DNA of 64,000 nt, from the NCBI GenBank assembly GCA_902516825.1, contig CABXZZ010000002.1:1815-65814 (forward strand), written 5' to 3'. The notes under the pieces were generated by a model. The model was given only the letters and a program-made list of their open reading frames with translations. It did not search any database and was not told the origin of the DNA. Every line of letters starts with the position of its first letter. The first letter of the stretch is position 1. Both the position numbers and the translations under genes were made by a program. Origin of the DNA: an uncultured SAR116 cluster alpha proteobacterium (GTDB lineage: Bacteria; Pseudomonadota; Alphaproteobacteria; Puniceispirillales; Puniceispirillaceae). Positions 63,153 to 64,000 of this stretch are shown piece by piece.

Positions 63153-64000
63153 TTATCTTGCTCCGATAAGGGCATTTGCAGCCCCTATTCCCGATGAAAT
63201 TACATCACCACTATAGACGCCAAATGTCATGATCACGGTAACCATCAACCAAACCGGCAGATAGGCGGATGCAGGTTCTTTGTCAATTTTCTGCGGTTGC
63301 ACTGGCTCCTTTAACCACATAACTTCAAATATCTTCCACAGATATAACACAGACAACACACTGCTTAATGCAATTAGGGCCACGTAAAAGCCGTTCCCTG
63401 TTTCAAAAATGGCTTTGAACAAATAGAGCTTTGAGATAAACCCAGCCGTTAGCGGAACACCAATTAAGGCAAGCCCTGCCAGCACAAAACCTGCAAAGGT
63501 TATTGGCATCTGCCTTCCGACACCCTGCATAGATGACATTGTAGCTCTGGAGCCAATGCCTAATGCAAATATGCCAACGGCCATAAATAAGGCACCTTTT
63601 ATCAAGGCATGATTAATTATATGTATAAATCCAGCTAAAATGCCAGAATGGCTATTAAGCGAAAATGCAAAAGTGATATATCCGATTTGTGCGATAGAAG
63701 ATAACGCAAATAGACGTTTGAAATCTGACTGATAAATAGCCGCTATCGTTCCATAAAAAATAGCAAGTACAGAAACCGGCATTAATATATATAACAAAAA
63801 GAAATCAACTAATTGCGTTATATCTATAAAAATTCCAAATAACAGACGGGCAAAATAATATATCGCAACTTTAGTAGCAACGGCTGCTAGAAGCGACGAG
63901 ACTGCAGATGGCGCATAGCTATAAGCCGCAGGCAACCAGATATGCACTGGAAACACCCCTGCTTTTACCATTATACCAGCAAGCATGAATGCAAGCCCAG
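63153..64000 (-). CDS. MrpD/NuoM-like antiporter subunit, N-terminus beyond the window edge
   Basis: Reading frame is open to position 64000. The core motifs KAGVFPVHIWLPAAYSYAPSAVSSLLAA and ALSSIAQIGYI lie mid-protein in this family, so about 220 aa are missing upstream. Confidence 0.8.
   Translation of the reverse strand, partial: GLAFMLAGIMVKAGVFPVHIWLPAAYSYAPSAVSSLLAAVATKVAIYYFARLLFGIFIDITQLVDFFLLYILMPVSVLAIFYGTIAAIYQSDFKRLFALSSIAQIGYITFAFSLNSHSGILAGFIHIINHALIKGALFMAVGIFALGIGSRATMSSMQGVGRQMPITFAGFVLAGLALIGVPLTAGFISKLYLFKAIFETGNGFYVALIALSSVLSVLYLWKIFEVMWLKEPVQPQKIDKEPASAYLPVWLMVTVIMTFGVYSGDVISSGIGAANALIGAR

Overview
This is a gene-dense, AT-rich chromosomal segment (roughly 40% G+C by eye, not computed). 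Gene content and order are typical of a streamlined, probably marine, free-living alphaproteobacterium. Left to right it contains: selD-selU; a cupin gene; a ~2 kb AT-rich islet of orphan small ORFs ending at tRNA-Asn(GUU); an MDR oxidoreductase; an aapJQMP-type amino-acid ABC operon; a proXWV-type glycine-betaine ABC operon; hflX; a class I CPD photolyase translationally coupled to an Fe-S (6-4)-type photolyase; a PNPOx-like/GST pair; a DsbA-family gene; mfd, sdhE, recG, DUF502 and mazG; the classic alphaproteobacterial block dusB(nifR3)-ntrB-ntrC-ntrY-ntrX-trkA-dat-hfq (minus strand); ispDF-pgpA-cinA; ratA-lipA-lpd-pdhC-pdhB-pdhA; ftsB-eno; kdsA-pyrG-secG-tpiA; ppiD-trpE-lysE; tRNA-Pro(UGG); DUF192; an HDAC-family deacetylase; and the distal part of an Mrp-like cluster with three tandem MrpD/NuoN-like subunits that runs off the right edge. 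There are about 60 CDS, many joined by 1-8 nt start/stop overlaps. I see no transposase, integrase, phage, CRISPR or recognisable defence genes. Nearly every ORF over 150 aa has a confident housekeeping assignment, so I cannot honestly point to a clear multi-gene novel system. The best leads are: (i) a degenerate duplicate of the tRNA-Asn 5' half plus its upstream region, which brackets orphan small ORFs; (ii) an NtrC orthologue whose AAA+ module has lost Walker A, Walker B and the GAFTGA loop while the receiver and HTH domains are intact; (iii) hfq uncoupled from hflX; (iv) the triple-MrpD cluster; and (v) a few short non-coding repeats and palindromes of marginal statistical weight.
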